Part shown: positions 41,330-54,513 of the stretch, one piece after another
Layout: each line of letters opens with the position of its first letter
Numbering within the stretch: position 1 is the stretch's first letter
Source: Octopus sinensis
Taxonomy: Eukaryota
Length of the DNA: 64,000 nt
Direction of reading: 5' to 3'
Assembly (NCBI RefSeq): GCF_006345805.1
Contig: NC_043004.1
Coordinates: 14,632,001-14,696,000, forward strand
The notes under the pieces: generated by a model
Seen by the model: the letters and a program-made list of their open reading frames with translations, nothing else
Databases searched by the model: none
What the model was told of the DNA's origin: nothing
Position numbers and translations under genes: made by a program

Positions 41330-42505
41330 ACATATGGAGGAAGAGCAAGAGAGACAGAGCGAGAGAGAGAATTATTACATAATAGCATAGTTCAGTCATA
41401 CCTTGAAAAAAAGTAATATTAAATAAAATAACAATTCGTTTTCTGTTCCGTCATGTAACAGCTACAAAGTCTCTAGTAGTTATGTATCGAATTCTGAGAG
41501 AAATTTTAAAATAATATAAGAAGATAATCGTGTTTTCATGCTGTTAGTGCATAGCCACCCAACTATGAACTACAAACACATCGAATTTGATACCTTAGCG
41601 ATGTAGATAAGAAAGTCACATTTAATTATTTCGTCGTAGTTGGACTATTTCCAAGTAAAAGGAAGCAGTAAAGGTCACTTGTGTAATGTCTTTGCTTATG
41701 TCTCGTCAAGGAGGCTGGCCCGAGACTAAACACAATTACAGAGTCAAAAATATATAAATCGATGAGGTTTGCATGCGATCTAGCTTTAACATTCACATGC
41801 TTTTGCAAGTTAAACCTTTAAAAAAGCAATTAAGAAACGTACTGTTAACCTGAATAATCTTATTTTTCTCCCCACACCCTGTCACTTTGCAGTGCTGTTC
41901 TTGCACATAATTATATTGCCGGTTTGAAAAGTAAAATTTATATTTTGTTTTACTTTTCATCACAAACATAAAATCCATGTTTCATTTTATTTTCTAAATT
42001 TTGTATTTGGCCTAAGTTGCCCTTAATGGCATTGAAAGCAAAATTTCAAATCTATTCGTAAGATGTTTTATATCTATTTTGATGGATTCATGGTAATGTT
42101 TCTCGGTAATCCAAATTGAGGAAAATTTCCAACTTAGCATTTCTATTGATGTCTCTAAGAGATTTCCTGTACTTTTAACCTTATGCTTACTACATTCTTA
42201 CATGAATAATATATACTTGGCAAAGAAATCTGTACACATTTACAGAATTTATTTGAGAGCGGATGATACGCCGTATATTTGCTATAAACATCGAGCTTTA
42301 TACATGAACATATGTCGAAATTTTATCACCATATTCCAGAAATTAAATAATAAAGGAAATGCATTAAAGAAGGAATTTTTCGAATTCTAATGCCATAAAT
42401 AAAATCATCGCATTCACATTATACATATCAGAATATAAAACGCTAAATCAAATACATTAATGTATAAATAAAACTATATTGCTCTGTTTACAGCTCAATT
42501 CTTAC

Positions 42506-42569
42506 GTTGGCACCTGCCTCAGCTGGCTTAGAACTTCGAGTGTCCTTTACAAATAAGATCTTTTCACTA
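42506..42569 (-). CDS. Candidate internal exon (phase 2 to 0), SEKILFVKDTRSSKPAEAGAN
   Basis: aaatttacag acceptor, GTAAGA donor, open frame compatible with 53875-53807. No homology recognised. Confidence 0.3.
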
Positions 42570-43435
42570 CTGTAAATTTCTCATCTGCTTTTATTCATAA
42601 GAAGCTCACTCATATTTGCGATAATTCCGCTCAAGTAGTTTGAAAACATCTAAAACGTTTGCATTTTCTGGGTTGTTTATTGATTTAATGTTTTTTCAAA
42701 AGAATCATTCAAAAGCAACAATAACAACATAAACATACAAAATGTATAACCTACAAGCAAACATCTCATATCTTACCCATTCAGATATTTCCCCATTTAG
42801 TTCGAAAATTATCTGTCCATGCGGATAGAAATAATATTGGAATTATTAAAAAAAATTATAAAATACTAATTTTATTTAATAAACACGTCAGTTATTAAGA
42901 AAATATCGATTAACAGCTTTCATGCGTGTCTTACCAGAAATGAAACACGCATTTAAAAATATATAGAAAATTCCCCACAACAATAGCAGAAGATTATAAG
43001 CACACTTCAAAAGAAAATGTTTATGGGTACACTAGAAATGAAATGCGTGATGAGAGATTATTTACCACGTAGTGCTGCAGTACAAATTAAGTGTTTATTC
43101 GGGTGAAATTAGGTTACTAATGATCGGATGTTTCTAAAGTATTGCTCCAAAATATCTGCCTAAACGCAGAGCAGCTTCTCCATTCTATTTCTAAAATGAT
43201 ACACTTTACAAATAACGGATAAACATGACATTACCTACGTCTGCAGTACTATTAGATAAAGACTTGCATCGCTCCCAACATTGAAGACAAACCTCTTTAC
43301 AATGTTATGTCGTTGCATTAGTTACCATTACTAGGCTGGTATATTTTGTAAGGAGCATAAAATAACTAAATGCATTCAATTTCAATTCGTTATTAACACA
43401 GTTTCTTAAATCCTGCACATCCGGGCCACCCGGGC

Positions 43436-43483
43436 CAATAAGATAACAGCGTACCATATTCAAGGTACGCTGTTATCTTATTG
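43436..43483. other. Perfect 20-bp hairpin with 8-nt loop
   Basis: CAATAAGATAACAGCGTACC-ATATTCAA-GGTACGCTGTTATCTTATTG, preceded by two copies of CCGGGCCA. Confidence 0.9.
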
Positions 43484-44749
43484 ACACTAACTGAAAACCC
43501 TGTATGGAAAGCATAAAACGGAAAAGCGGAAAATATTACATCCTATTATTTTATACCTAATTCTCTATCTAACCACTAGTTTATGGCACCAAATAACAAA
43601 TGAACAACACAAGTTACATAATAAAATTTACAAATCGGTTCTTTTATAGGAGTTGACGGTTTATAGAATTTTGTGTTGCAAATTATTTAGTTTAGGCACC
43701 TTGCCTATTTACTCTTGAAACAGATGTTTGCAAATATTTAAATTTAGTATATGAGTAACTTTTAGTATTTCAATATAAATCATATTATATGTTATCTAAG
43801 AGAAAATATTGATAGTCTCTTAATAAATATTTACTCTAAGAAATAAACTTAAAAGAAATAGTAAACGTAAATATTTTAGTTCCATAATGTTAATATTACA
43901 TAAAATATATTTCAATATTTTAATAGATCTATTAAATTAAAATGCATGAAATCTGTCAAAACTTGGTATTTAAATAGCTTTCACAATTTGTTTTACGTCT
44001 CTGTATTCTGTTTTCAAATCCCAGTCGGTGAAAATTCATATTTCAAACCGACTAGTTTCATTAGCTGGAAACGTTTGTGACTATGCACTAATTAATCAGA
44101 TATTTCCTTAGTGGTTTAAAGTAAAATTATGCAACTTAGAAGACGCAGTTAGAAATCTGTATAAATCAAAGAGCTTTTCAATTTTAAAAGCACATTTATA
44201 TATGTCATGTGTGAAATCTCTAGAAGGTATCAACAAAACACACTATGAAGCCATAATAGCGTTACAAGGAAAACAAATGTGTCTTACAAATGCAATAAAG
44301 AAACGCCCCTCTAGTTCGAATTGCCCTATCACGATTCTCTTAAAACATAATATATATCCACTGGAGGCTAAGCAATTTGAAATTAACTTCATCGCAATAT
44401 GTGTACGTAATAATATTATTATAAGCGTTCATACAGACATGTATGCATACATACTTATATATATACATATATATATACATACATACATACATACTTGCAT
44501 ACATATATAATTGCATAAACGCCATGCACGCAGGCACACACACCCACACAAACAATTCGCTTAACCAAAGTGCGTGGCCAAATAATAAGAGTGTTGTGAG
44601 GATCTCGTGTTTTCGAACCCCGGACCAGGTGGTGCATTGGGCTACTGAGCAAAGCATTTCATTGTAAGTTGTTCTATGATTACTGAAAACACCTGACGTG
44701 TAGTGCACCATGCATTTGTACTGGCAATGGTGGATTTGATAGGATTTTT

Positions 44750-45415
44750 CTTAACCTCTTCCACCTTTGCCACATCAACTTCCAACTATTCTTTCAGTCC
44801 ACACCACGCATTCAGTCGTGACTGTTTTTGATCTTCCGTGAGCAAGCGAGACACAAATTTTGCTGCAGCTCATTTCATTCGCAATATTTCGCATAAAAAA
44901 TACAATTCGTTGGCAAGAGCTCCAAGGCACCAGTCATATGAGCATCAACAAGTTTGTCGGCTGTTCAGTGACAATCCTCCTAGATCAGCTCATGAATTTT
45001 CATGTTTTCATTCGTTCGGCAGGTCGAAGGTCATCCTGAGCGAGGTTGGTCTTCAAGAGACACACGACCATATCTAAAGCGTTGAAACCACTCGTAAACT
45101 TGTATTTTGCTCATGGCAGCGTCCTTGCAAACTACTTGAAGGGTGGCAACTGTTTCGGCGGCCGTTTTCCCTGCTGCAGAAAACAAAATTTCACGGAAAC
45201 ACGCTCTTCCTTCGTTTTAGCCCTCGCAAAAATCGACGAACAAGGGAGAAGCACTGCAAAACAAAGACGCACCATGTGGAAGTACGACTTCATCCGACGA
45301 CGCCTGTCGGCAGTCTATAGGTGGGGGTTGCATCAAGTGGCTTCTAGTGGTAGAAGTCTGATCTACAACGGGTTTGGCCCACAGAAAACGTTACCAGTTG
45401 CTTTTGGTTACCTCG

Positions 45416-45417
<2 letters not shown>
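44750..45417 (-). mobile_element. 5' half of a decayed mariner element
   Basis: MSKIQVYEWFQRF...LEDQPRSG.PST and AAAKFVSRLLTEDQKQSRL (V.AKFVPRLLT motif). TIR-like end ACGAGGTAACCAAAAG next to (TA)n. Confidence 0.8.
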
Positions 45418-45479
<62 letters not shown>

Positions 45480-45539
45480 GCAGTCCATCGGTTACAACGA
45501 TGAGTGTTCCAATCGATCTAATCAGCCATACAGCCATAT

Positions 45540-45593
<54 letters not shown>

Positions 45594-45594
<1 letters not shown>

Positions 45595-45773
45595 TTTATT
45601 TCAAAGCAGCAGAAAACAAAACCCGTTACTCTGTCCGACGAACGAAAACGTGAAACTCAGAGTAACAGGTTTTGTTGAATTTTCTGCTTCTTTGAAATAA
45701 AGCATATTACTCTACTCCTGGTATTTGAGTACACTTTTTCCACCTTGTTTCACATTTATGTGTTTACTCCGGT
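45594..45773 (+). mobile_element. Fold-back Penelope-like mini-element in (TA)n
   Basis: 5' arm TTTATTTCAAAGCAGCAGAAAA..CAAAACC.GTTACTCTG is the reverse complement of 45658-45701. A hammerhead sits at the turn. Confidence 0.65.
45631..45668 (+). ncRNA. Minimal type I hammerhead ribozyme, U4-to-C core variant
   Basis: CTGT-CCGACGA-ACG AAAA CGT-GAAA-CTC A GAG-TA-ACAG. Stems I and II pair; stem III is near-palindromic; cleavage triplet GUA. Confidence 0.65.
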
Positions 45774-45775
45774 AT

Positions 45776-45819
<44 letters not shown>

Positions 45820-45831
45820 GAGATCGAAAAT

Positions 45832-45874
45832 CCACCTGACGAATGTCATTGAAGACATGAAACGATTGTAGTGG
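45832..45874 (+). ncRNA. Minimal type I hammerhead ribozyme with canonical core
   Basis: CCAC-CTGACGA-ATGTC ATTGAA GACAT-GAAA-C GATT G-TA-GTGG. Perfect stems I and II, intact CUGANGA/GAAA core, GUA site at 45868-45870. Lies in a roughly 150 bp element (45817-45965) bounded by (TA)n. Confidence 0.85.
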
Positions 45875-47050
45875 CGGTTTATTTCTTTATATTAAAAATT
45901 TTTATGTATTGATTAAGTCTTTCCTTGTTTGTTTTGCAAAATAGTGGTTTTGTTTCGAATTAATATTATATATATATATATATACATACATACACACATG
46001 TATATGACAAAAATCTATTTGTCGAATAACTAGTGAGTGAAATAAATCAAATAAATGTATGGAATTATAAAAATTATTGAAGTTATTTCTAAGGAATAAT
46101 TTTTGTATACAGTATAATGCCGCTAAGATTCTATCATATGACATATCCGCATATTTTAATGAACTTATAAAATGAGTACATTTACAATTAAATCAGTCTA
46201 TAAATATGAGCTAACAATAAAACAGTTGACGATTTCACTCAAATCTAACACTTTTATAAAAGAGACATTATGTAACATAGTCCTGGGTGCGTTTAATCTG
46301 TGGCGTGATTAAGGCTAGCTTGCCTTTGATCATATGTCTGATCCAAGCTTTCCATGGAATAAACTAAAAAATAGTATGCCAACTTTGGCTTTAAAAAATC
46401 ACGCATTTAAAGACAGAAAAGTAAATATATAAATAAATCTAAGTTGTGATCTAGTATTTCAGGAAAGCCATTAACGATACATAATCTGTTTATTATTCTC
46501 CCATCATTCATATCGCTAACATTTCTGTATTAAAATACTTGACATGGTATAAAGTTTACTGACATTTCGGGTTTTCTTCAACAATAAATATTTTGACTTA
46601 ATACGAGCAGACATATGTGCAGTTATATTAATAGCACGATGGATCGGTTAGTCATAATGACCATTTAAGGATGTTGGAAACACTGATTTTGACTTCTATC
46701 CATTGTTAGCAAGTTAATATGAATGTCTAAATTTGTATAACAATGAGAATATGAATCAATCAGTAATCGATACGCATATTCAGTATATATACCCACTGCC
46801 AGTACAGCTAGACGGCTCATTTTCATAGTTTAATACCACACTGTTCGATATCCTGCTATCGCAGGCTTTATCATGACATTATCAACTTATGATGTTTAAA
46901 TATATAATAAATGCGATACCATCCTAAAAATCTATTGATTTATCCAATAAGCATTTATGATTTCAAACGTGCTTTCTTTTTTTTATATTTAGCGAATTAT
47001 ATCAGTAACAGGAATGTGTTTACCAACTCTTATGTTTATTATAGGATGAG

Positions 47051-47374
47051 GAGCACTACGTCGGTTGCGACGACGAGGGTCCCAGCTGATACGATCAACG
47101 GAACAGCTTGCTCGTGAAATTAAGGTTCAAGTGGCTGAGCACTCCACAGATACGTGTACCCTTAACGTAGTTCTCGGGGAGATTCAGTGTGACACAGAGA
47201 GTGACAAGACTGGCCCTTCGAAATACAGATACTACTCATTTTTGCCAGCTGAGTGGACTGGAGCAACGTGCAATAAAGTATCATGCACAAAGACACAACG
47301 CGCCGCCGGGTATTGAACTCACGACCATACGATCATGAGCCGAATTCCCCTAACCACAAGCCACGCGCCTTCAC
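47051..47374 (-). mobile_element. tRNA-SINE: head H1, CORE-like segment, Nin/Deu-like domain, tail T1
   Basis: GTGAAGGCGCGTGGCTT head, GGAGTGCTCAGCCACTTG domain, CCCTCGTCGTCG.AACCGAC tail. Confidence 0.85.
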
Positions 47375-47719
47375 ACGATTAGAAACTATAAGGAAATAGT
47401 AGAGAAAGTATCAGCGGCAACAGCAGCAGTAATATTAGTATTAGTGGTAGTTGTAATAAAAGGAAGAAGTAAAGAAAGAAAGAATGTAGTAAGGAAAGAT
47501 CCTATACACTGTCCTTACAAAGAATAATTGAGTTTGCATTCAAATCCCATGAAAGGATATCATCTCACTGATACAATACTCTCATTCAAGGTATTTTAAC
47601 GGCATTGAAATGTAGAAACGTTACTGTATGTGTAAAGTTTTTTCATGCCATATACATATAATAAAGCACACAATGCTGCCATGCAATATGCGTTTTATTA
47701 AAATCAGTTTTTATTAGTA

Positions 47720-47758
<39 letters not shown>

Positions 47759-48945
47759 TTACACACATACATATATACGTGTGTATGTGTATATATATAT
47801 GTATATATATATGCATGCATATATACATATATGTAGGTGTATGTGTAAGTGTGTGCTTTAGACGGCTCGCCTCTATGTAAAGATTAATTAAACAATTTAA
47901 GCTATCAAACAACGGAAATAACCAAGTTCCTACCTGTTTTGTATAATAACACAATTCCCTAAGCTATCGATTGAGGAACGGCATTCTCTATATAATCTTT
48001 GAAGAGCAGTGAACATTTTGTGAAACGGTTCATGAAAACGTTTATACATCGAAAGAATAGAAAAAAACCGAGCGAACATTTTTACAATCCATCGCCTCAG
48101 TGAAGGCGTTGTATGTATGTATGTATGTAGGTATGCATGCATGCATGTAAGTATGTATGCATGTAAGTATGTTTGTATGTATGAGTATATGTGTGCTTGT
48201 GTGTAAGTGAGAAGTATTTATATATGTATGTGTGCCCGTATATACATATACGAATGAAATTATGTCTATATTTCTATATGCATATCCAAATATCAGCTTT
48301 GAATGTACTGTTCAATAAAATTAACTGATATCTGCATGTAAATATGAAGATTTACGGATGTGTGCTAAAGAACGACCTCTATCTATATTTGCTGTAATCA
48401 TTCTATATAGAATATGAAGTTTACTTTACCATTTAATTTTGTAGCTCTCCATTTCCTCTAAATTCCGCTGTTAATGTCAGGGAGTAAAAAGTAAAAAGTA
48501 AACCGTCACACCTACTATTCCCACCAGTATTTCTTGAGTAAAAGAGATACTATATTAGTTACCTATTGAAGTATCACTAGCCACGGAATGCTTTATAAAC
48601 TTTTTTTTTACGTCTGTCTCTAAGGTTTAACTTTATTTTCAATTTACTATGGCTCGTATGACATTGCATATTACTTTGCCAGAGATTTATATAATTACTC
48701 AGGAATATTGATAATGTTTGACTTGCTTAGAAATACGTTTTGAAACTAAATTACCATTGCTTGCTTTATAAATGAATAATTACTTAAAAGCGACAACACT
48801 TTTAATAGTTCAACCATCATAAAAGCTTAAATAAGCATTTTTAATCACTTTTTTGAAAACAAGATTGTACCAGGCATTCATCTTGTTACAAAGAGTATGC
48901 GAGTCAAACACAAATCGATCCCTAGTGTCTTAAAAAGTATTTTTT

Positions 48946-49241
48946 ATGCGCCCTTTTCAAGCCTAGCCAGGCTCATGGTCCCGGTTTCCCGGTTTCTGTG
49001 GCGTATGTGTACCTCTCCCCAGCTGGATGGGACGCCAGTCCATTGCAGCGCTACGCAAGAAACAGGAAGAAAGAGTAAGAGAAAGTTGGGGTGAAAGAGT
49101 ACAACAGGGGTCGCTAGCACCCCTACTGGAGCATCGTGGAGCTTTAGGTGTTTTCGCTCAATAAACTCGGTCTGGGAATCGAAATTGTGATCCTCCGACC
49201 GCGTGTCCGCTACCTTAACTATTGGGTCATCGCGCCTCCAC
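48946..49241 (-). mobile_element. tRNA-SINE: head H2 with V-domain-like tail
   Basis: GTGGAGGCGCGATGACCC head and GCAATGGACTGGCGTCCCATCCAGCTGGGG body. Confidence 0.85.
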
Positions 49242-49676
49242 GTCTTAAAAATATAGAACACAAATACATTATTGACTTTGTCGCAATAATACATGGGTAC
49301 ATACTCTTAGTATCGTCGACTCAGTGTGCATTTCCCAAAGGCTAAACAACCCAAACAAACAAAAATTAGAACCATCCAATTTAGCGAGTCCTGTACAATA
49401 TCTCTCCTACGTTTAGTGTAAATAGCAGAGATAATTATAGTTGTATATAGAGTGGTTATTGTACATGTGAATCTCTATTTAAGCCTAATCAATTACATCC
49501 ATGACAAATGAGTGTACAACCATTTCTATCTCATCTGTTCCTCAGTATCATACTAAGTTTCATGTGCTTAATATGTGGTTTGAATATAAATTGTGCTCTT
49601 CCAAAGAAGTAAACTCATTTGTCCCTAGTGCACTGATCCTCTCTCTATCTGTCTGTCTATCTGTTGTTGTTGTTGT

Positions 49677-50174
49677 GACCCCCTTAGGTCATGAATGACC
49701 ATGGATTGCACCTAGAAAGTTACCCTCCGAGTCACATGTCTGGGCAAGGTTGTTTATGCAAGACCAGCAGTCGTCCATGCATACCGGCCTCCCCTCTCCA
49801 CGCCACCGATGTTACCCAAGGGAAAGGCAAATGCCAAAACAGCTAGGCACCAGTGACGTCGAAGCTCAATTATTAACGTGCAAGTGGCTGAGCACTCCAC
49901 AGACACGTGTAATCTCCTCGGGGAAAATCTGCGTGACACAGAGTGTGACAAGGCTGGCCCTTTGAAATACAGGTACAACAGATACAGGAAGAAAGAGTGA
50001 GAGAAAGTTGCGGTGAAAGGGTACAGGAGGGTTCACCACCACCCGCTGCCGGAGCCTCGTGGAGCTTTAGGTGTTTTCGCTCAATAACACTCACAATGCC
50101 CCGTCTGGAAATCGAAACCGCGATCCTACGACCGTGAGCCCATTGCCTTAACCACTGGGCCATTGCACCTCCAC
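49677..50174 (-). mobile_element. Chimeric SINE: head H2, Nin-like domain, RTE-5'UTR-like segment
   Basis: H2 head and Nin-like domain run to about 49872, then TTGCCTTTCCCTTGG.TAACATCGGTGGCGTGGAGAGGGGAGGCCGGTATGCATGG..., then (CAA)n. Confidence 0.75.
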
Positions 50175-50245
50175 ACACACACACATATATATATCCTGTG
50201 TTTGTGAGTACCTATGCACCTATGCAATATACGTATATGTTATAA

Positions 50246-50314
<69 letters not shown>

Positions 50315-50998
50315 TATCGATTGAAGGAAGACGAACATTAAGTTAAAGTGACTTTATATACACGAAGATGGAGTAGCTTACTCTGCATCATATTTTTAAA
50401 GAGGAATTTTTCAAAATGTCTAAGATATTTCAGTAGCAACTTCAGATAAGTAATCAATAATGACAAATATTTGACATTTGCAGTTTCTATGTTATCGGCA
50501 AATACTCAATTCGCTGACTAACTTTTCAATATTCTCGTACACAGTTGATTAGAGCAACACATTCACAAAATAATTTTTTAGTTAAGTCCTTATCTCTAAT
50601 ATATTGATTAATTTCTTTCTATAAATTAATTCACAATAAAAAAAATATTGATACATTATATATTTCAATTAACAAGGAATATTTTATTTATATTTCTGAG
50701 GGAAAAATTTTTTCAGATTATAGAATATCTCTAAGAAAATATAAATCTTCACACAAATATTAGGAATAAAAGATATTTTATTATTATATTCACTACTTGA
50801 GGGAATTGAGACTTAATAAGTCACATACGTTCAAATTGCTTCTAAAATACTTTCTTTCCTCGTTTGATGGTAACAGGCATTAGCTTGTTCAAGAAGAAAC
50901 CTGATCAATTTCATGGATTTAAGTGAAAATTTAGTATTAGAAAAGATTATTATATGCCTCCGATTTATTTCCTTACAACGTTATGTTATTACTTTGTG

Positions 50999-51347
50999 GT
51001 GTAGGCGCAATGGCCCATTGGTTAGGGCAGGGGACTCGCGGTCATAGGATCGCGGTTTCGATTCCCAGACCGTGCGTTGTCAGTGTTTATTGAGCGAAAA
51101 CACCTAAAGCTCCACGAGGCTCCGGCAGGGGATGGTGGTGATCCCTGCTGTACTCTTTCACCGCAACTTTCTCTCACTCTTACTTCCTGTTTCTGTTGTA
51201 CCTGTATTTCTGTTGTACCTGTATTTCAAAGGGCCGGCCTTGTCACTGGAGTGCTCAGCCACTTGCACGTTAATTTCACGAGCAGGCTGTTCCGTTGATT
51301 CGGATCAACCGGAACCCTCGTCGTCGTAACCGACGGAGTGCTTCCAC
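50999..51347 (+). mobile_element. tRNA-SINE: head H2, deleted Nin-like domain, tail T1, with 11-bp TSD
   Basis: ATTACTTTGTG at 50988-50998 and 51348-51358; B box GTTTCGATTCCC. Confidence 0.9.
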
Positions 51348-52743
51348 ATTACTTTGTGACATACGAATTTGAGCGATTCGGTTTTTTGAACTATAACTTA
51401 GAAACCTCTATCCTTCACTAAACATCTGATTCGAAATCTGGGTTCACGAGTAATTTTCAACATTTGGATAGATATCCATGCATCTTTGCCACGCAGATGT
51501 TTATTCAATACATATAAAACAAGTATTTAATGCATATTGTCATTTTTCTGACAACTCCAGCTGCGTTTTCCTCATGAAAATATATCACATTTCGCCTACG
51601 TTGTTTTATAAAACAGTTTTTATGTTAGAAAACCGGATTATTTTTTTTTAATTCAAACTTATTCTGCCCATGACATATTTTAAATCCTCATGCTTTCCCT
51701 GAATCACGCATTATTATCATTTTGTTGTCAAAATTTGACAATATATGAAGGAGATAATGGGACTTCCTCCTCTTCAACGTAAATAAAAGAGAAAAAAAGT
51801 GTTTTGAAAGTATCAGTGTTCCTTAAAAACTTATTTCTTCGTTGTATTTATGAGTCATTCTATTTACAAACTAAAAGCTGATAGGAGCATAATACACGGA
51901 TTTTAAAACGTCTTTGCTACTCAATTTCTATAATTTCAGTTAAAGTTATAGAAGTTATAAGACAATGGTTCAGTTCTTTTTAATTAAAATACAGCTAGAT
52001 CGCTGACTGAATTTCTGAGACAGTTCACGTAAACATTGTACATATGATAACATTGAAATGTTGACGACATATTAGATGCATAGAAAGGAAATGGAATGCT
52101 GAGATGTACATTTTAAAAGAAACCTCTCCGTGACTTCATAGACGTGAAATCATTCATTAGATTTTCGCAACCGGAAAACTGGCACTGATCAGCAGAAGTT
52201 TTCAGTCGTAAAACAACACACTGAAACCGGTGTAATATAATTAAGAGAGCTGTTTCTAAAGGACCTCACACTCATATCAGTTTGAGAATATAATGAGTAA
52301 GAATGATATAAAAGTGCATTGATGTAAAATATCATGAATATTTATGCTTTTCAATATCGAATATATTAAGCAGAGTGTTCATTCATACATTTATATTATA
52401 GCTATTGCGCAGTTTGTATATTTATTAAGATTTTCTATTTTTCGTACGTCAACTCAGTAATAATGATCATATTAAAATCAGATCCAAATATAGAATTATG
52501 TAGTTGATATCTATAATGAAATTATATGATAATATTCGAAATCACAAAATAAATTAAAGCCAACCCCGAAGTAAGTGAAAATTTGATAGCGCATGTTTGT
52601 GTGTCCATGCACATGTGCTCATATACACACACACACACACACACACACATGTGTGTGTGCGTCTGTGTAGGTGCTTGTGTGTGTGGTTATATATGCCTAT
52701 ATAAATGATTGCGAATGGGTATCTGTCTATCTCTCTCTCTATA

Positions 52744-52795
<52 letters not shown>

Positions 52796-52833
52796 AATAT
52801 ATACAAATATACTATATATGCATACAAATATAC

Positions 52834-52896
<63 letters not shown>

Positions 52897-53064
52897 TACA
52901 TATAAAATATCAGAAAAAAACAAATTTTACCAATTCAAAATGAATAATTAAATTACACCATCTAGAAAATTACATATAATAGAAAAGTTAAGATTAAAAT
53001 AACAATAAAAAGTAAAGATTAAGTCAATTATTCCCTCAAATAATAATTAAATATATATATATAC

Positions 53065-53102
<38 letters not shown>

Positions 53103-53806
53103 ATATATATAATATATATATATAATATATATATATATATACATATACTTATATGTATACACACACACACACATATATATATACTTATGTACATATATTT
53201 TGTGTTTATGCTCATTTACAATGGCTTCAAAGATTCGAATAATGCCAAGTATTTCATAAGAAGGGAAAAGTTGTTTACTCCTGCATATACATATAACCAT
53301 GCTCCTGTACATATACATACCCGAAGACATACACTCAGAAATGTAAGTACGAATGAAGAGTATACTTAAATGAATGAGGTTTGCTTTGAAACGGAAGCGA
53401 CTGTTTACCGTAAACCGAAAGAGAAACTCTGCTATGTAGAGGAACAGTCCTTTTACCCCTGGTTGTGTTCAAAAACGTGATATCTAACACTTGTTATAAG
53501 ATTTCTAATCTCCCTTCATCATAAAAAGAAATATGTGATAAAGCAGCTTCTACGATAACGATGCTTCAAAGATGATATGTTACCATCTATCAGTTAAAAA
53601 TATGAAACCTAGAAATAGACGTTAAAATAAACAGAGGAAAATAATATAGTTCGCTCCACTTCTCCCTTAATGTTAAAACCAATGCAGGCAGAAATTCCTG
53701 GTTCTTTTATATAAACATTTCCGAGTAAACCGTAAATACAGGAAGATTTTTAATAGGTGCTCGATTAAAATATCATTTACTACACCAATGTTAAGAACAC
53801 TATTAC

Positions 53807-53875
53807 TCGTAGCCTCTCCTGGAGCCCACTCCCAGTTGTGACTGTAGAACCGCGAAGCGCCAGATGACCGGGCGT
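53807..53875 (-). CDS. Candidate phase 2-2 (or terminal) exon, RPVIWRFAVLQSQLGVGSRRGY
   Basis: Strong acceptor tttcttttcatag; GC-rich island in AT-rich DNA; ends at a weak GTAATA donor or an in-frame TAA. Confidence 0.45.
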
Positions 53876-54346
53876 CTATGAAAAGAAATCATAATAACAC
53901 ATCAAGATAATGTAAAAGAAAGGAAAGTTACATCGTTTTACCCGAAGGTAATTTTAAATGATGGTAAGCAAACCACAAATCTTCTTTCCAACGCAAGCCA
54001 ATAAGTTGCTTAGTAGTGTATGCAATTTGTACTCCAACTGTGCACCACAAAATTAAGTGGAGAATCGCGGAGAAATCCAAGCCATATGTAAATGGTTTAA
54101 GTAATGCGACTTATGCATAGCTGAAAGATTGCACATTTATTTCAGACCTAAGAATACACTACAGTATTTAATTCGAAACTTGAAATTATCAGCGATTACA
54201 CGCATATGGACAAAACCTTTTTAGCGAACTGGACATTACGTACCTTTCCGGATACAAAAACGTTAACTGTACCTTAAAGGAACAGTAAGCTATGACCAAA
54301 TCTAATTATTTATCTCTGTCTCTCTCTCACTCTCTATCTCTCTCAC

Positions 54347-54360
54347 TATCTATCTATCTG

Positions 54361-54437
<77 letters not shown>

Positions 54438-54438
54438 A

Positions 54439-54472
<34 letters not shown>

Positions 54473-54479
54473 CCTCTTT

Positions 54480-54513
<34 letters not shown>

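Noticed and set aside
42777-42812. Possible exon IIFELNGEISEW with a GTAAGA donor
   Set aside because: Poor polypyrimidine tract, and the phase does not fit the neighbouring candidates.
45046-45678. 210-aa plus-strand ORF
   Set aside because: Read-through of an antisense mariner relic, microsatellites and a mini-element.
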